Positions 27,349 to 37,911 of a DNA stretch of 64,000 nucleotides are shown in pieces. The first letter of the stretch is position 1. Each line of letters begins with the position of its first letter. The DNA lies in NCBI GenBank assembly GCA_016188775.1, contig JACPHC010000010.1:31333-95332 (forward strand), read 5' to 3'. The stretch is from Parcubacteria group bacterium. Lineage in GTDB: Bacteria > Patescibacteriota > Minisyncoccia > JACPHC01. The notes under the pieces were generated by a model. The model made no database searches and was not told where the DNA came from. It saw only the letters and a program-made list of their open reading frames with translations. Both the position numbers and the translations under genes were made by a program.

Positions 27349-28791
27349 TTATGTTGATTTTGGGATTAGGTTTTCCGCAACTTTCCTGCCAAGATATGAT
27401 AGCATTTTTCCTTCCTCTTCAAAACTTGTAGCGTCTGCCCAGATTAAATTCGCAATTTTTTGTCCCACCACGACTTCCCACGGTTTTGCGCTACCTATTA
27501 TGCCCATTAGATCATTTCGTACTTCTTTAATATCGTAATTTTTTCTATTGTACCCATCTTCTTTAAATCCGTTCATTACGAAAAAATGCGCATGTTGTGA
27601 ATTTGCTTTAAGCCAAGTTTCAATTCGTTGTTTTAATTCATCCCAAGTAACACTTAACGCCTCCAGAACATCATCAGAGAGCAAAAGATTTTCAGCGTTT
27701 CTACAAGATAATTTCATTCTGACTATCGGCAATAAATCGTCAATTGTTTCCTCGCCATCATCCCTATCTCTCAAAGAGTATCCTTTGGCGTTATCGTAAA
27801 CGGTCTGAACAATCTTTTGCGTCTCTTGTTCAAAGTCATTTATGTTACTAACACTATCAACCGAACAAGGGTATATCTTGATTTTGCCGCCGGCTGACCG
27901 GACAGCTTGTTGCCAAATTCGTTCGTCGTCTTCACCCTCAACTAATAAAATTGGAGCTTCATTAAAGAAATTTGATAGTGGATGCGCTCCAAACACCGGC
28001 AAAACTTTTTTATAAACTTCCGAGATAACTTTAAAATCTAATTCTTTTTGGTCATATACCATAAATGCCAAATGTGTATCGGCGTAGGATTCTAAGGCTC
28101 CCAAAATGGCGGTGCTATGAGTAGCAATTACTACTTGAAAGTTATTTTCAGCAACCAATCCTTTCAAGAAGTGCATCAACCGTACCTGTAAATCTGGGTG
28201 CAAATGCACGTCCGGCTCATCAAGAAATAAGATATTTCCTTTATCCGCCAAACATTCTTTACCAAAGATCAGGCACTCAATTCCCAAAGAAATAAGCTCA
28301 CTTTCGCCACTACTAATTGCGTTCGCGTCTAATTTATTCGTTGTTCCTTTTCGATATATCTCAAATGTCGTTTCGTGTCTTTTTATTTCGATATTGTCCA
28401 GCAAAGAGTTAATTTTATTGACGTAGATATCAAAGGTATAATCATTTTGTTGTCTTTTCTCTTTTTCAATTTCTCTCAAAACCAAGGTCTCAAGTTTACG
28501 ATATTGAGCAACGCTTTGCTGCCTAAATCCTGTTGCCTGATTTCGTCTTCTTTGGCCCGAAAGCCAATTTATATCATTTGTCAGACTTTGTTCAACCCCA
28601 GCCTCATAAATTAGCGCACCGCCTCTTTCCGGTGTGATATATTTCGTTTTGTCATAAGTTCCAGTTTGTGAGGAAAGACCTTGCTCAACCAGCCGAAGCA
28701 TTGTGCTCTTACCAGAGCCGTTCTTACCCAAAACGATATTTATTTTGTTTATGTTTTTTAGCGTATAACCGCTAACATTTGAAATATCCAT
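27349..28791 (-). CDS. OLD-family (overcoming lysogenization defect) nuclease: ABC-type ATPase + Toprim
   Basis: Walker A GKNGSGKST; Walker B/H-loop ILFLDEPDVHLHP; C-terminal Toprim-like LLVEGEDDERI … RDRDDGEE. Confidence 0.65.
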   Translation of the reverse strand: MDISNVSGYTLKNINKINIVLGKNGSGKSTMLRLVEQGLSSQTGTYDKTKYITPERGGALIYEAGVEQSLTNDINWLSGQRRRNQATGFRQQSVAQYRKLETLVLREIEKEKRQQNDYTFDIYVNKINSLLDNIEIKRHETTFEIYRKGTTNKLDANAISSGESELISLGIECLIFGKECLADKGNILFLDEPDVHLHPDLQVRLMHFLKGLVAENNFQVVIATHSTAILGALESYADTHLAFMVYDQKELDFKVISEVYKKVLPVFGAHPLSNFFNEAPILLVEGEDDERIWQQAVRSAGGKIKIYPCSVDSVSNINDFEQETQKIVQTVYDNAKGYSLRDRDDGEETIDDLLPIVRMKLSCRNAENLLLSDDVLEALSVTWDELKQRIETWLKANSQHAHFFVMNGFKEDGYNRKNYDIKEVRNDLMGIIGSAKPWEVVVGQKIANLIWADATSFEEEGKMLSYLGRKVAENLIPKST

Positions 28792-28793
28792 AG

Positions 28794-29249
28794 TTATTTA
28801 ATAGCTTTAAGAATCTTATCAGTAACGATTTTGCTTTCAGACTTTATCTGATGCTCCCAAAATCGCAATACGATCCAACCATTTTTTCGCAGATAAGTCG
28901 TAGTTTTTCTGTCTCGTTTGCGATTGTTTTCTATCTTTTCCCGCCAAAAATCGTTCTTTAGCAAATGCTTCCAGCGTGGGCAATACCAACCGTGCCAGAA
29001 ATTACTATCAAGAAAAATACATACCTTATCTTTTTGAAAAACTATATCTGGTTTTCCCTTGATTGACACAACATTCGCTTGGAATTTTTTGTGAGTAGCT
29101 TTCCCCAAAGAAACTATGAATTCTCGCTCGAATTTTGTGTCTCTGGAACGGATTTTTGCCATTAATTCCGACCGCTTTTTTGTCGGGAGTAAGTCGTCGC
29201 TCCGTTCTTTTTTGAAGTTTCTATTTAGATAGTTTTTCGTCTTTTTCAT
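28794..29249 (-). CDS. vsr: very short patch repair endonuclease
   Basis: DTKFEREF…DIVFQKDKVCIFLDSNFWHGW: Vsr signature. Confidence 0.85.
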   Translation of the reverse strand: MKKTKNYLNRNFKKERSDDLLPTKKRSELMAKIRSRDTKFEREFIVSLGKATHKKFQANVVSIKGKPDIVFQKDKVCIFLDSNFWHGWYCPRWKHLLKNDFWREKIENNRKRDRKTTTYLRKNGWIVLRFWEHQIKSESKIVTDKILKAIK

Positions 29250-30286
29250 AGAAGTCCAGCGTCAAAAATATCGGAAGCTTTGACGCCGGACTTAACGAGG
29301 GAAAATTTATCGTTCAAGAGTTTTTTCCACTGCTTCAAGCGATCACTTTCCAATTTTTCGCTTCTCCAATAGTAAGCGATGGTTTTGGCGTCCATCTCCT
29401 TGATTTTTCTTTCAATCGCTTTCGCTCTAACTTGCAAGCGATAAGCCAGTTGTGGCACTACGACATTTTTGCCTTTCACTTTTAATTTAATTTGACCGCC
29501 AGCCGTGAACAAATCTCGCAAGTTTGCGGATACGGCGTTGTATTCGGCGATAAGATAGGCGGCCGCACGCTCAAACTTTGTCGAGCTGTTACCAAACATT
29601 TCAGGAAACAGAATCATCGCTTCAACCACGAAATTTTCTTTTTCTTTGTCGCTCAAACCTCTGAAAGGCTTAATGATAGGACTAACCGCTTTTCCGTCTC
29701 CGTCTTGATCTATCCACCACAATTCCTCACCCTCTTTTAGTTGTGAGCGATAATAATCCTTGATTTTTTGAATTGGGTTAGTGTCATTCCGTAGCGTGTC
29801 ATAATCAATTCCAATCTTATCGAAAATTGATTTACCTGAAGGCAAATCCATGTTTATTCGATAGCGGGGAGAATGGGTAACGCTAATTTCTGGCAGACAT
29901 TCTTGGTAGAGTCGGTAGCGAACATCCAACTCACCGCCGAATTTTCCAAATACGATATAAATTCTTTCAACATCTTCAATACGTGAAGATTCAAGAACGC
30001 TGTTTCCGGTTGATGTCCAATGATCGTTCGCCGTCATTTTAACTTCAACGCCAAAGTATTTGTTGGCGATGATGTCTGGAAAAGCGTGCGTTCCCGTTTG
30101 TTTAACTGTTCCTTCGAAAGTCGTGCCTTTCGCCGCTTCACGAATTTGCTCAAAAACTATCGTTTCAAAATAAGTCGGCGAGATATTTTTCTTGCCACTC
30201 AAAAAGACCAGCATTAACCCCCTTGATTTTTCAAGCAAGGCGATAAAGTCTTTTTCTTTGGCGTTGGGTTTCGCGACGTAAATCAT
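29246..30286 (-). CDS. type II restriction endonuclease candidate (PD-(D/E)xK)
   Basis: FPDIIANKYFGVEVKM contains PD…(E)VK; flanked by dcm upstream and vsr downstream with 4-bp overlaps. Confidence 0.5.
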   Translation of the reverse strand: MIYVAKPNAKEKDFIALLEKSRGLMLVFLSGKKNISPTYFETIVFEQIREAAKGTTFEGTVKQTGTHAFPDIIANKYFGVEVKMTANDHWTSTGNSVLESSRIEDVERIYIVFGKFGGELDVRYRLYQECLPEISVTHSPRYRINMDLPSGKSIFDKIGIDYDTLRNDTNPIQKIKDYYRSQLKEGEELWWIDQDGDGKAVSPIIKPFRGLSDKEKENFVVEAMILFPEMFGNSSTKFERAAAYLIAEYNAVSANLRDLFTAGGQIKLKVKGKNVVVPQLAYRLQVRAKAIERKIKEMDAKTIAYYWRSEKLESDRLKQWKKLLNDKFSLVKSGVKASDIFDAGLL

Positions 30287-30288
30287 AG

Positions 30289-31260
30289 TTATTTCAAATT
30301 TTTATCTAAAAACTTTTCAATCGCCGTGGCGACATGCCAAGCTAAAACAGGCGGCACGGCGTTGCCAATCTGCTTATAAGCCGAGGAAGTGGACGGATAA
30401 AACACAAAATCGTCTGGAAAAGATTGAATCCGTGCCGCCTCTCTCGCCGACAATCTCCTTTTTCCGTTCCAATGATACTCTATGTTTCCGTGGTGTTCCG
30501 TTCGCATTGTTGGCCCCGGCTTATCCGCCGAGACGACCGAATTCCCTTGCCCGTTATTCTTTTTTGCCTTTGACCAGTAGTGATTGGCGATATTCCCTTC
30601 CTCCGCTTTCTCTAAATCGCCAATTGCTTGTTTTAAGCTAACCCAGCTTTTTTCGTCCAAAATCGGTTTTGGATGTTCAAAAGGAGGAAGTTTGTCTTTT
30701 CTTGTTCCAACAATAATAACTCTCTCTCGTGTTTGCGGCACTCCGTAATCAGCGGCCGTGAGTAATTTATAAACGACATGGTATCCCAATTTTTCAAAAT
30801 CCTTAATAATCGTTTGTATCGCTTCACCGCCGTTCATTGTGAGAAGTCCTCGGACATTTTCAGCGACAAATAAAACAGGTTTAGTTCTCTTGATAACTTC
30901 CGCCATGCTTTGATAAAGCAATCCTCGTTTACTATTAAATCCTTTTCTCTTTCCGGCATGGCTAAAATCTTGACAAGGAAAGCCGCCAAGCACTATATCC
31001 ACTTTTTGCGGGATTGGTTTTTCAAAAAAGCCCGAATTGTGTTTGCCGTCAAGAATTTTTCCGATATCGCCGCAAACTATATCGTGCTTAAAGTATTTTC
31101 TAAAGGTGGCACAGGCGGCCTCGTCAATATCGTTCGCCCAAGCAATCTCAAAGTTTCTTTTCGCGTATTTTTTGCCTAAAAATTCAAAATCGCCGACGAA
31201 GCCAAGATCGAGGCCACCGCAGCCCGCAAAAAGTGAAATTATGGAAAATTGTTTCTTCAT
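30289..31260 (-). CDS. dcm: DNA (cytosine-5)-methyltransferase
   Basis: Motif I FAGCGGLDLGF; motif IV GFPCQDFS; motif VI ENVRGL. Confidence 0.9.
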   Translation of the reverse strand: MKKQFSIISLFAGCGGLDLGFVGDFEFLGKKYAKRNFEIAWANDIDEAACATFRKYFKHDIVCGDIGKILDGKHNSGFFEKPIPQKVDIVLGGFPCQDFSHAGKRKGFNSKRGLLYQSMAEVIKRTKPVLFVAENVRGLLTMNGGEAIQTIIKDFEKLGYHVVYKLLTAADYGVPQTRERVIIVGTRKDKLPPFEHPKPILDEKSWVSLKQAIGDLEKAEEGNIANHYWSKAKKNNGQGNSVVSADKPGPTMRTEHHGNIEYHWNGKRRLSAREAARIQSFPDDFVFYPSTSSAYKQIGNAVPPVLAWHVATAIEKFLDKNLK

Positions 31261-31262
31261 AC

Positions 31263-31358
31263 TTTTACTTGATTAAATCATCAACACCAACATCCAACGC
31301 TTTGGCAATCTTGATTAGTGTTTCAATTGTATGGGTTAAAAAGTATTTTTTTACTTTC
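31263..31358 (-). pseudogene. remnant of an XRE-type HTH regulator (possible RM controller-protein fragment)
   Basis: Minus-strand 31-aa ORF MKVKKYFLTHTIETLIKIAKALDVGVDDLIK resembles the C-terminal half of an HTH_3 domain; too short to be functional. Confidence 0.3.
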
Positions 31359-31520
31359 ATCAATTACAATGATAACAAATTTCAAAACACTTATCTAAAC
31401 AAAAACGGAGTTTTTACTTGTTGCGCGCGCACGGGAAGGGTGGGGCAAACGCAACTATTCAACTCAACGCGCGAGCGAAGCGAGCGCGTACCTTCTTCCG
31501 AAAACTCTCAATACCTAACT

Positions 31521-31594
31521 TGGTCGGACCACCCGGAATCGAACCGGGGCTATACCCACCCCAAGGGTACGGACTGCCACTATCCGATGGTCCG
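31521..31594 (-). tRNA. tRNA-Pro (anticodon GGG), CCA encoded
   Basis: Folds by hand into a cloverleaf: acceptor CGGACCA/TGGTCCG, D-loop AGTGGCA, anticodon stem TACCC/GGGTA with loop TTGGGGT, T-arm CCCGG-TTCGATT-CCGGG, 3' ACCA. Confidence 0.8.
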
Positions 31595-31625
31595 ATGAAA
31601 AAATAGACCCTATGGAGTGTAGGAT

Positions 31626-31874
31626 CTAATTTTTGAGAGATTTTTTGATTTTTTCCAGGCTCATTTTTCCTTGAGCGATTGTTTTTCTGCAGTTGGAACA
31701 GGTTTTAATCCTTTTGATTGTTTTTTTACCAATCGTCAAGGCCGACGGCAAGGCGACCCATTGAAGATTAGGGTATTTTCTTTTGCGGCTTGTTGGATTA
31801 TACTTGCCTCGAAGGAGTTGACGATGAGTGACCATCGTCGAGCTCTTTTTGCAAGTTGGACAAATGTTTGCCAT
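31626..31874 (-). CDS. rpmB: ribosomal protein L28
   Basis: MANICPTCKKSSTMVTHRQLLRGKYNPTSRKRKYPNLQWV: L28 pattern. Confidence 0.75.
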   Translation of the reverse strand: MANICPTCKKSSTMVTHRQLLRGKYNPTSRKRKYPNLQWVALPSALTIGKKTIKRIKTCSNCRKTIAQGKMSLEKIKKSLKN

Positions 31875-31991
31875 AATTATTCACCCGCCAAAATTTCTAT
31901 GAAATTTAGGCGGAAAAATTTAAGTCTAAAAAGAAGGATAAACTATTTTTTATTTTTTTGCAAACTCGCAGTGAAACCGCGAAGAGTATAA

Positions 31992-32675
31992 ATGAATTTT
32001 TTTATGGCCGATTTATTCGACACAATTAGAATTTTCATCATTCAAATTGTTTTTTTGATTTTTTCCGTGATGGTTCACGAAGTTTTTCACGGCCTGTCCG
32101 CTCATTGGATGGGAGACGAGACGGCTAAAATGGAAGGCCGTTTGACTCTCAATCCCTTAAAACACTTGGATCCGTTCGGTTCGATAATTTTGCCTTTGAT
32201 CTTGGGATTGGCCGCGCTTTTTGGGGCCGGCGGAATTATTTTCGGCTGGGCCAAGCCCGTGCCTTATAATCCCAATAATTTAAAATATAAAAAATACGGG
32301 CCTTCTTTAGTGGCCTTGGCCGGGCCAATGGCTAATTTTTTAATAGCCGTGTCGGCCGGCCTTTTAATCAGATTTTTTTTAAGTTCCAATTTTTCCCCCG
32401 CTTATTTTAATTTTTTAAGCGATTTTGTCAGCATCATCGCTTTCGTGGTTTTTATAAATTTACTGTTGGGAATTTTTAATCTTTTGCCGATTCCGCCGCT
32501 GGACGGCTCAAAACTTCTTTTTGCCGTTTTGCCGTCCAAGTTTGACGAGTTAAAAATTTCTCTCGAGCAATATGGTTTTATAATACTGCTTCTCTTTTTA
32601 TTTATCGGATTTCAAATCATTATTCCGCCGATTCTTTTTCTTTTTCGAATTATTACCGGCCAGCCTTTTATTTAA
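31992..32675 (+). CDS. membrane zinc metalloprotease, site-2-protease/M50-like
   Basis: HEVFH (HExxH) in the first TM region; polytopic membrane protein. Confidence 0.5.
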   Translation: MNFFMADLFDTIRIFIIQIVFLIFSVMVHEVFHGLSAHWMGDETAKMEGRLTLNPLKHLDPFGSIILPLILGLAALFGAGGIIFGWAKPVPYNPNNLKYKKYGPSLVALAGPMANFLIAVSAGLLIRFFLSSNFSPAYFNFLSDFVSIIAFVVFINLLLGIFNLLPIPPLDGSKLLFAVLPSKFDELKISLEQYGFIILLLFLFIGFQIIIPPILFLFRIITGQPFI

Positions 32676-32814
32676 AAACTTACGGAATTTTAATTTGACA
32701 TTAAAATTTTATTTTGTTAATTTTTATAAAGCGCTAAGCGCTTTATTTATTTAAAGGGCTTTCTCTAAATTTTCAAGCGCCAAGTGCGCAGAAAATTTAG
32801 ATAGAAAACCTTTA

Positions 32815-32914
32815 CCCAGCACATAATTTTACATTCATTCCGTATATTATAAAAAGTTTTTTCGCTATTATACTTATATTTATAATAACGACTATTGTAA
32901 AGTTATGTGCTGGG
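32815..32914. repeat. family D inverted-repeat element copy 1 upstream of rpsL
   Basis: cccagcacataa … ttatgtgctggg perfect 12-bp arms around ~75 nt; second copy at 42153-42258. Confidence 0.7.
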
Positions 32915-32975
32915 CGCTCAATGTGATAGTAAAATTTACTTCGCATTGAGGCTCGTAAATTTTAATCACAATGGC

Positions 32976-33404
32976 ATGCCTACAATCAATCAATTGGTTA
33001 AAAAAGGAAATCAAATCCGCAAATTAAGAAAGTTGAGAAAGAAAACTCGTTCGGTCGCTCTTTTGCGGGGTTTTAACGCGAAAAAAAATCGCGCGATTTT
33101 TTATCCTTCGCCTTTTAAACGCGGCGTATGCGTTAAAGTGACGACCACGACTCCGAAAAAACCGAATTCGGCTTTGCGAAAAGTGGCCAGAGTTCGTTTG
33201 ACTAACGGAATGGAAGTGACGGCCTATATTCCCGGGGAAGGCCACTCCTTGCAGGAGCACTCGGTGGTTTTGATCAGGGGCGGCCGGGTCAAGGATTTGC
33301 CGGGCGTGCGCTACCATATTGTCCGAGGCATTTTAGACACGACGGGCGTGGAAAACAGAAAACAGCAAAGAAGCAAATACGGCGCCAAGCAGCCCAAAAA
33401 ATAA
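32976..33404 (+). CDS. rpsL: ribosomal protein S12
   Basis: [11 protein letters not shown]…; ORF-track start at 32907 is probably too far upstream, ATG at 32976 is the likely start. Confidence 0.9.
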   Translation: MPTINQLVKKGNQIRKLRKLRKKTRSVALLRGFNAKKNRAIFYPSPFKRGVCVKVTTTTPKKPNSALRKVARVRLTNGMEVTAYIPGEGHSLQEHSVVLIRGGRVKDLPGVRYHIVRGILDTTGVENRKQQRSKYGAKQPKK

Positions 33405-33413
33405 CATTAACGT

Positions 33414-33881
33414 ATGCGCAGAAAACAAAACATAAAAAGAAACTTATTGCCCGATCCGCTTTACAATGACGCCGCGGTCGCGAAAATGATCAATCATATT
33501 ATGAAAGAGGGAAAAAAGACAACGGCTCAAAAAATAGTCTGGCAAGCTTTGGATGAAATCAATAAGCAAACCAAAAAAGAGGCGCTGGAAATTTTTGATT
33601 TGGCCATTAAAAACGCCTCCCCGCTTTTAGAAGTTAAATCCCGTCGGATCGGCGGCGCGACTTATCAGGTTCCCCGCGAGGTCAGAGGCGAGCGGCGTTT
33701 GGCTCTGGCCATGCGTTGGATTATTAACGCGGCCCGGGCTAAAAAAGGAAAGCCAATGGCTTTAAAATTAGCCGATGAGCTGGTTTTGGCTTCCAAAAAC
33801 GAAGGTTCGGCGATTAAGAAAAGAAATGACACCCACCGAATGGCCGAAGCCAATAAGGCTTTTGCTCATTTTGCCTGGTAA
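33414..33881 (+). CDS. rpsG: ribosomal protein S7
   Basis: [19 protein letters not shown]…. Confidence 0.9.
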   Translation: MRRKQNIKRNLLPDPLYNDAAVAKMINHIMKEGKKTTAQKIVWQALDEINKQTKKEALEIFDLAIKNASPLLEVKSRRIGGATYQVPREVRGERRLALAMRWIINAARAKKGKPMALKLADELVLASKNEGSAIKKRNDTHRMAEANKAFAHFAW

Positions 33882-33889
33882 AAAGAAAT

Positions 33890-35995
33890 ATGGCTGATTA
33901 TCCGATTGAGAAAATTAGAAATATTGGCATTATTGCCCACATTGACGCCGGTAAAACCACCGTTTCCGAGCGCGTTTTATTTTATACCGGCGTCTCGCAT
34001 AAAATTGGCGAGGTTCATGAAGGCACGACCGTGCTGGACTGGATGGAACAGGAAAGAGAGCGGGGCATCACTATCACGGCCGCGGCCACCACTGTTTTTT
34101 GGATCCCTTCTTATTTAAAAGAACGAAAAAAAGATCAGGAATACAAAATTAATATTATTGACACGCCCGGCCACGTTGATTTTACCGTTGAAGTGGAAAG
34201 ATCTTTAAGGGTGCTTGACGGAGGCGTGGTAGTTTTTGACGGCGTAGCCGGAGTTGAGCCGCAGTCCGAGACCGTTTGGCGCCAGGCGGATAAATATCAC
34301 GTTCCGCGAATTTGTTTTATTAATAAATTAGACCGCATGGGCGCTTCTTTTGAGCGGTCTTTTGAATCAATTTTAGAGAGGTTGACCGATAAGGCCGTGG
34401 CAGTGGCTATTCCGATGGGCTTGGAAGAAAAATTTATGGGCGTGATTGATCTGATTCGTCAAAAAGCCGTTAGTTTTGAAGGCGAGGCTGGCGAACGAAT
34501 TGTTGAAAACGATATTCCGGCCAATTATATTGAAGAAGCTAAAAAATGGCGGGAGAAACTTTTGGAAAATTTAGCCGATGAGGATGACCTGATCGCGGAA
34601 AAATATCTTTCCGGCCAGGAATTATCAATTGAGGAAATTAAAAAATCTTTGAGAATAGCGACATTAAAAAGCCGATTAGTGCCGGTTTTTTGCGGCTCGG
34701 CCTTGCAGAATAAAGGCGTTCAGTTGGTCATTGACGGCGTGATTGATTATTTACCCAGTCCGGTTGACGTGCCGCCGGTTAAAGGCATTGATTCTAAAAC
34801 CGGCCAAGAAATTTTCAGAGAGCCGAAAGAAGATACTCCTTTTTCCGCCCTCGCTTTCAAAGTCGCCACTGATCCGTTTGTCGGATCACTGACTTATTTC
34901 CGGGTTTATTCCGGAACCTTGACAGCCGGTTCTTATTTGTTAAACTCTACAAAAAATGACAAAGAAAGAATCGGCCGCATCCTTCAGATGCACGCCAATG
35001 ATCGCCGCGACTTGAAAGATATTTCCGCCGGCAATATCGGCGCGGCGGTTGGTTTGAAAAATACCACGACCGGAGACACTTTAACCGATCCGGAGCACTC
35101 TGTTATTTTGGAAAAAATCACTTTTCCCGAGCCGGTGGTCGGTTTAAGCATTGAGCCTAAGACGAAAGCCGATCAGGAAAAACTCGGCTTGGCCTTAAAG
35201 AGGCTTTCCGAAGAAGATCCGACTTTCAAAATTAAAGGCGATCTGGAAACCGGCCAAACGATTATTTCCGGCATGGGCGAATTGCATCTTGAAATTATCG
35301 TTGATCGGATGAAGAGGGAATTTAAGGTCGAGGCTAATGTCGGCCGGCCGGAAGTGGCTTATAAAGAAAGCGTTAAAGGAACGGCTGAAGCTGAAGGCAA
35401 ATACATTCGCCAAAGCGGCGGTCGAGGTCAATACGGCCATGTTTGGTTGAGAGTCGAGCCCAGAGAGCGCGGTCAAGGTTTTGAGTTCATTAACGCGATA
35501 AAAGGAGGCGTTATTCCCCAGGAATTTATTTCGGCCATTGAAAAAGGCGTTCGGGAAGCCATGGATAAAGGCGTTTTTGCCGGCTATCCTTTGGTTGATT
35601 TCGCCGTCACGCTTTATGACGGCTCTTATCATGAGGTTGATTCATCCGAAGCGGCTTTCAAAATTGCCGGTTCCATCGCTTTGCAGGAGGCGGTCAGGAG
35701 ATCCAATCCTTATCTTCTCGAGCCGATTATGAAAGTGGAAGTTGTGACGCCTGAGAAGTTTTTGGGAGAAGTGACCGGCAATATCAATTCTAAACGCGGT
35801 CGAATCGAGAAAATGGAAGAGCGTATCAATATCAAAGTCATAGACGCTAAAGTTCCTTTGTCGGAAATGTTTGGTTACGCGACAACGCTTCGTTCAATGA
35901 CTGAAGGTCGCGCTTCATTCACGATGGAATTCGATCATTACGATGAAGTGCCGTCCGGTATCGCTCAATTAATCATTGAAGGTAAAAAGAAATAA
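33890..35995 (+). CDS. fusA: elongation factor G
   Basis: [16 protein letters not shown]…DTPGHVDF; full five-domain length. Confidence 0.95.
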   Translation: MADYPIEKIRNIGIIAHIDAGKTTVSERVLFYTGVSHKIGEVHEGTTVLDWMEQERERGITITAAATTVFWIPSYLKERKKDQEYKINIIDTPGHVDFTVEVERSLRVLDGGVVVFDGVAGVEPQSETVWRQADKYHVPRICFINKLDRMGASFERSFESILERLTDKAVAVAIPMGLEEKFMGVIDLIRQKAVSFEGEAGERIVENDIPANYIEEAKKWREKLLENLADEDDLIAEKYLSGQELSIEEIKKSLRIATLKSRLVPVFCGSALQNKGVQLVIDGVIDYLPSPVDVPPVKGIDSKTGQEIFREPKEDTPFSALAFKVATDPFVGSLTYFRVYSGTLTAGSYLLNSTKNDKERIGRILQMHANDRRDLKDISAGNIGAAVGLKNTTTGDTLTDPEHSVILEKITFPEPVVGLSIEPKTKADQEKLGLALKRLSEEDPTFKIKGDLETGQTIISGMGELHLEIIVDRMKREFKVEANVGRPEVAYKESVKGTAEAEGKYIRQSGGRGQYGHVWLRVEPRERGQGFEFINAIKGGVIPQEFISAIEKGVREAMDKGVFAGYPLVDFAVTLYDGSYHEVDSSEAAFKIAGSIALQEAVRRSNPYLLEPIMKVEVVTPEKFLGEVTGNINSKRGRIEKMEERINIKVIDAKVPLSEMFGYATTLRSMTEGRASFTMEFDHYDEVPSGIAQLIIEGKKK

Positions 35996-36006
35996 ATAAA
36001 AAGCAT

Positions 36007-36234
36007 ATGGATGGTTTCGTCAATAAAATGAAAACATTGATCAAGAACGGCGGAGATCGTTTTATCGTGGTGGATAATAATGAGCCGACTTTTGTTATTC
36101 TTAGTCTTTCCGAATACGAACAACTGGTGAACGGGAAAAGTAGCAACGATGAAAAAAATATTCAGCTGGGAAAAGATCAGGCCTTGTTTCAAGACGATGA
36201 AATCTTCAATGATCTTGACTTATCTTTAGATTAA
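36007..36234 (+). CDS. Phd/YefM-type antitoxin-like small protein (orphan)
   Basis: …DRFIVVDNNEPTFVILSLSEYEQL resembles YefM [23 protein letters not shown]; no toxin gene adjacent. Confidence 0.45.
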   Translation: MDGFVNKMKTLIKNGGDRFIVVDNNEPTFVILSLSEYEQLVNGKSSNDEKNIQLGKDQALFQDDEIFNDLDLSLD

Positions 36235-36341
36235 CATTATGATGTTAAAATCGTCGATTATTAAAATTTTTTTATATTAAATTTAAATTAAAATTAAATT
36301 TTTCTAGATTCTAATTTTTAGTTTCTAGATTCTAATTTTTT

Positions 36342-37535
36342 ATGGCAGAAAAATTTGAAAGAACAAAACCTCATTTAAACGTCGGCACTATTGGTCACGT
36401 TGACCATGGTAAAACCACTTTGACCGCTTCTATTCTTCATGTTTTGAATTTGGCGGGTTTGCGGGCCCAGCAAAAGTCGGTTGATCAGATTGATTCCGCG
36501 CCGGAAGAAAAAGCCCGTGGGATTACTATCAATTTGGCTCACGTTGAATACGAATCGGAAAAACGGCATTACGCTCACGTGGACGCTCCGGGTCACGCCG
36601 ACTATATTAAAAATATGATTACGGGCGCGGCTCAAATGGACGGCGCGATTTTAGTGGTTTCGGCCGCCGACGGCCCTATGCCTCAAACCCGAGAGCATAT
36701 TCTTTTAGCTCGCCAAGTCGGCGTTCCGGCTTTAGTTGTTTTTCTTAATAAAGTTGATCAGGTTACCGATCCGGAATTGACTGATTTGGTTGAGACCGAA
36801 GTCCGCGAACTTTTAACCAAATACGAATATCCGGGAGACACGACTCCGATTATCCGCGGTTCGGCCCTGAAAGCCTTGGAAGCGAAATCTAAAGACGATC
36901 CGGCCGCCAAACCGATCCTTGATTTAATAAAAGCCTTGGATGAATATATCGTGGAGCCGGTTCGGGAAATAGATAAGCCGTTTCTGATGCCTATTGAAGA
37001 CGTTTTTTCCATTGAAGGACGAGGCACGGTTGTGACCGGCCGAATTGAAAGAGGTATTATGAAAATTAACGACGAGGTGGAAGTGATCGGCATTCGTCCG
37101 ACTCAAAAATCCGTTGTTACCGGCATTGAAATGTTCAATAAATCTTTGGATGAAGGAAGGGCCGGAGATAACGCCGGAATTCTTTTGCGCGGTCTTAAAA
37201 AGGAAGACGTGGAACGGGGTCAAGTTTTAGCCAAGCCCGGATCAGCCACGCCGCATTCGGAATTTGAAAGCGAAGTTTATATTTTAAGCAAAGAAGAAGG
37301 CGGACGGCACACTCCGTTTTTGGCCGGCTACAAACCTCAATTTTATATCCGAACTACCGATGTAACCGGCGAGGTTACTTTGCCGTCAGGCACGGAAATG
37401 GTTATGCCCGGAGATACTGTTAAATTCACGGTTAAATTAATATCCCCGGTCGCCTTGGAAGAAAAACAGAGATTCGCCATCAGAGAAGGCGGGAAAACGG
37501 TAGGCGCGGGCGTGGTCACCAAAATTCTTAAATGA
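36342..37535 (+). CDS. tuf: elongation factor Tu
   Basis: [10 protein letters not shown]…DAPGHADY…NKVD. Confidence 0.95.
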   Translation: MAEKFERTKPHLNVGTIGHVDHGKTTLTASILHVLNLAGLRAQQKSVDQIDSAPEEKARGITINLAHVEYESEKRHYAHVDAPGHADYIKNMITGAAQMDGAILVVSAADGPMPQTREHILLARQVGVPALVVFLNKVDQVTDPELTDLVETEVRELLTKYEYPGDTTPIIRGSALKALEAKSKDDPAAKPILDLIKALDEYIVEPVREIDKPFLMPIEDVFSIEGRGTVVTGRIERGIMKINDEVEVIGIRPTQKSVVTGIEMFNKSLDEGRAGDNAGILLRGLKKEDVERGQVLAKPGSATPHSEFESEVYILSKEEGGRHTPFLAGYKPQFYIRTTDVTGEVTLPSGTEMVMPGDTVKFTVKLISPVALEEKQRFAIREGGKTVGAGVVTKILK

Positions 37536-37584
37536 TAAATAAGCTTGGGCGTTAAAATTTATTAAATCTGAAAAAGTTCTTTTT

Positions 37585-37911
37585 ATGGCCAAAATGGAAG
37601 AAGCAATTAAACAGAGAATTCGAATTAAAATTCGGGCTTATGACTCGAAGATTATTGATACATCGGCCAAGCAGATTGTCGAGACGGCTGAGCGATACGG
37701 GGCCGAGGTGATCGGGCCGGTTCCTTTGCCAACCGAGATCCATAAATATACCGTTAATCGTTCCACTTTTGTCCATAAAGATTCCCGAGAGCAGTTTGAA
37801 ATGAGAATTCATAAACGCTTGATTGATATTTTAAATCCAACGGCTAAAACCGTTGACGCTCTGATGAATCTGAATTTGCCGGCCGGCGTTGATATAGAAA
37901 TTAAGATGTGA
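37585..37911 (+). CDS. rpsJ: ribosomal protein S10
   Basis: [40 protein letters not shown]. Confidence 0.9.
   Translation: MAKMEEAIKQRIRIKIRAYDSKIIDTSAKQIVETAERYGAEVIGPVPLPTEIHKYTVNRSTFVHKDSREQFEMRIHKRLIDILNPTAKTVDALMNLNLPAGVDIEIKM

Noticed and set aside
27221-27538. 105-aa ORF in the GC-rich region (MRLRRRTGGQKF…) and 27168..27431
   Set aside because: Pro/Gly/Arg-rich translation is a by-product of GC-rich DNA; they overlap the OLD gene's 3' end; no domain signal.
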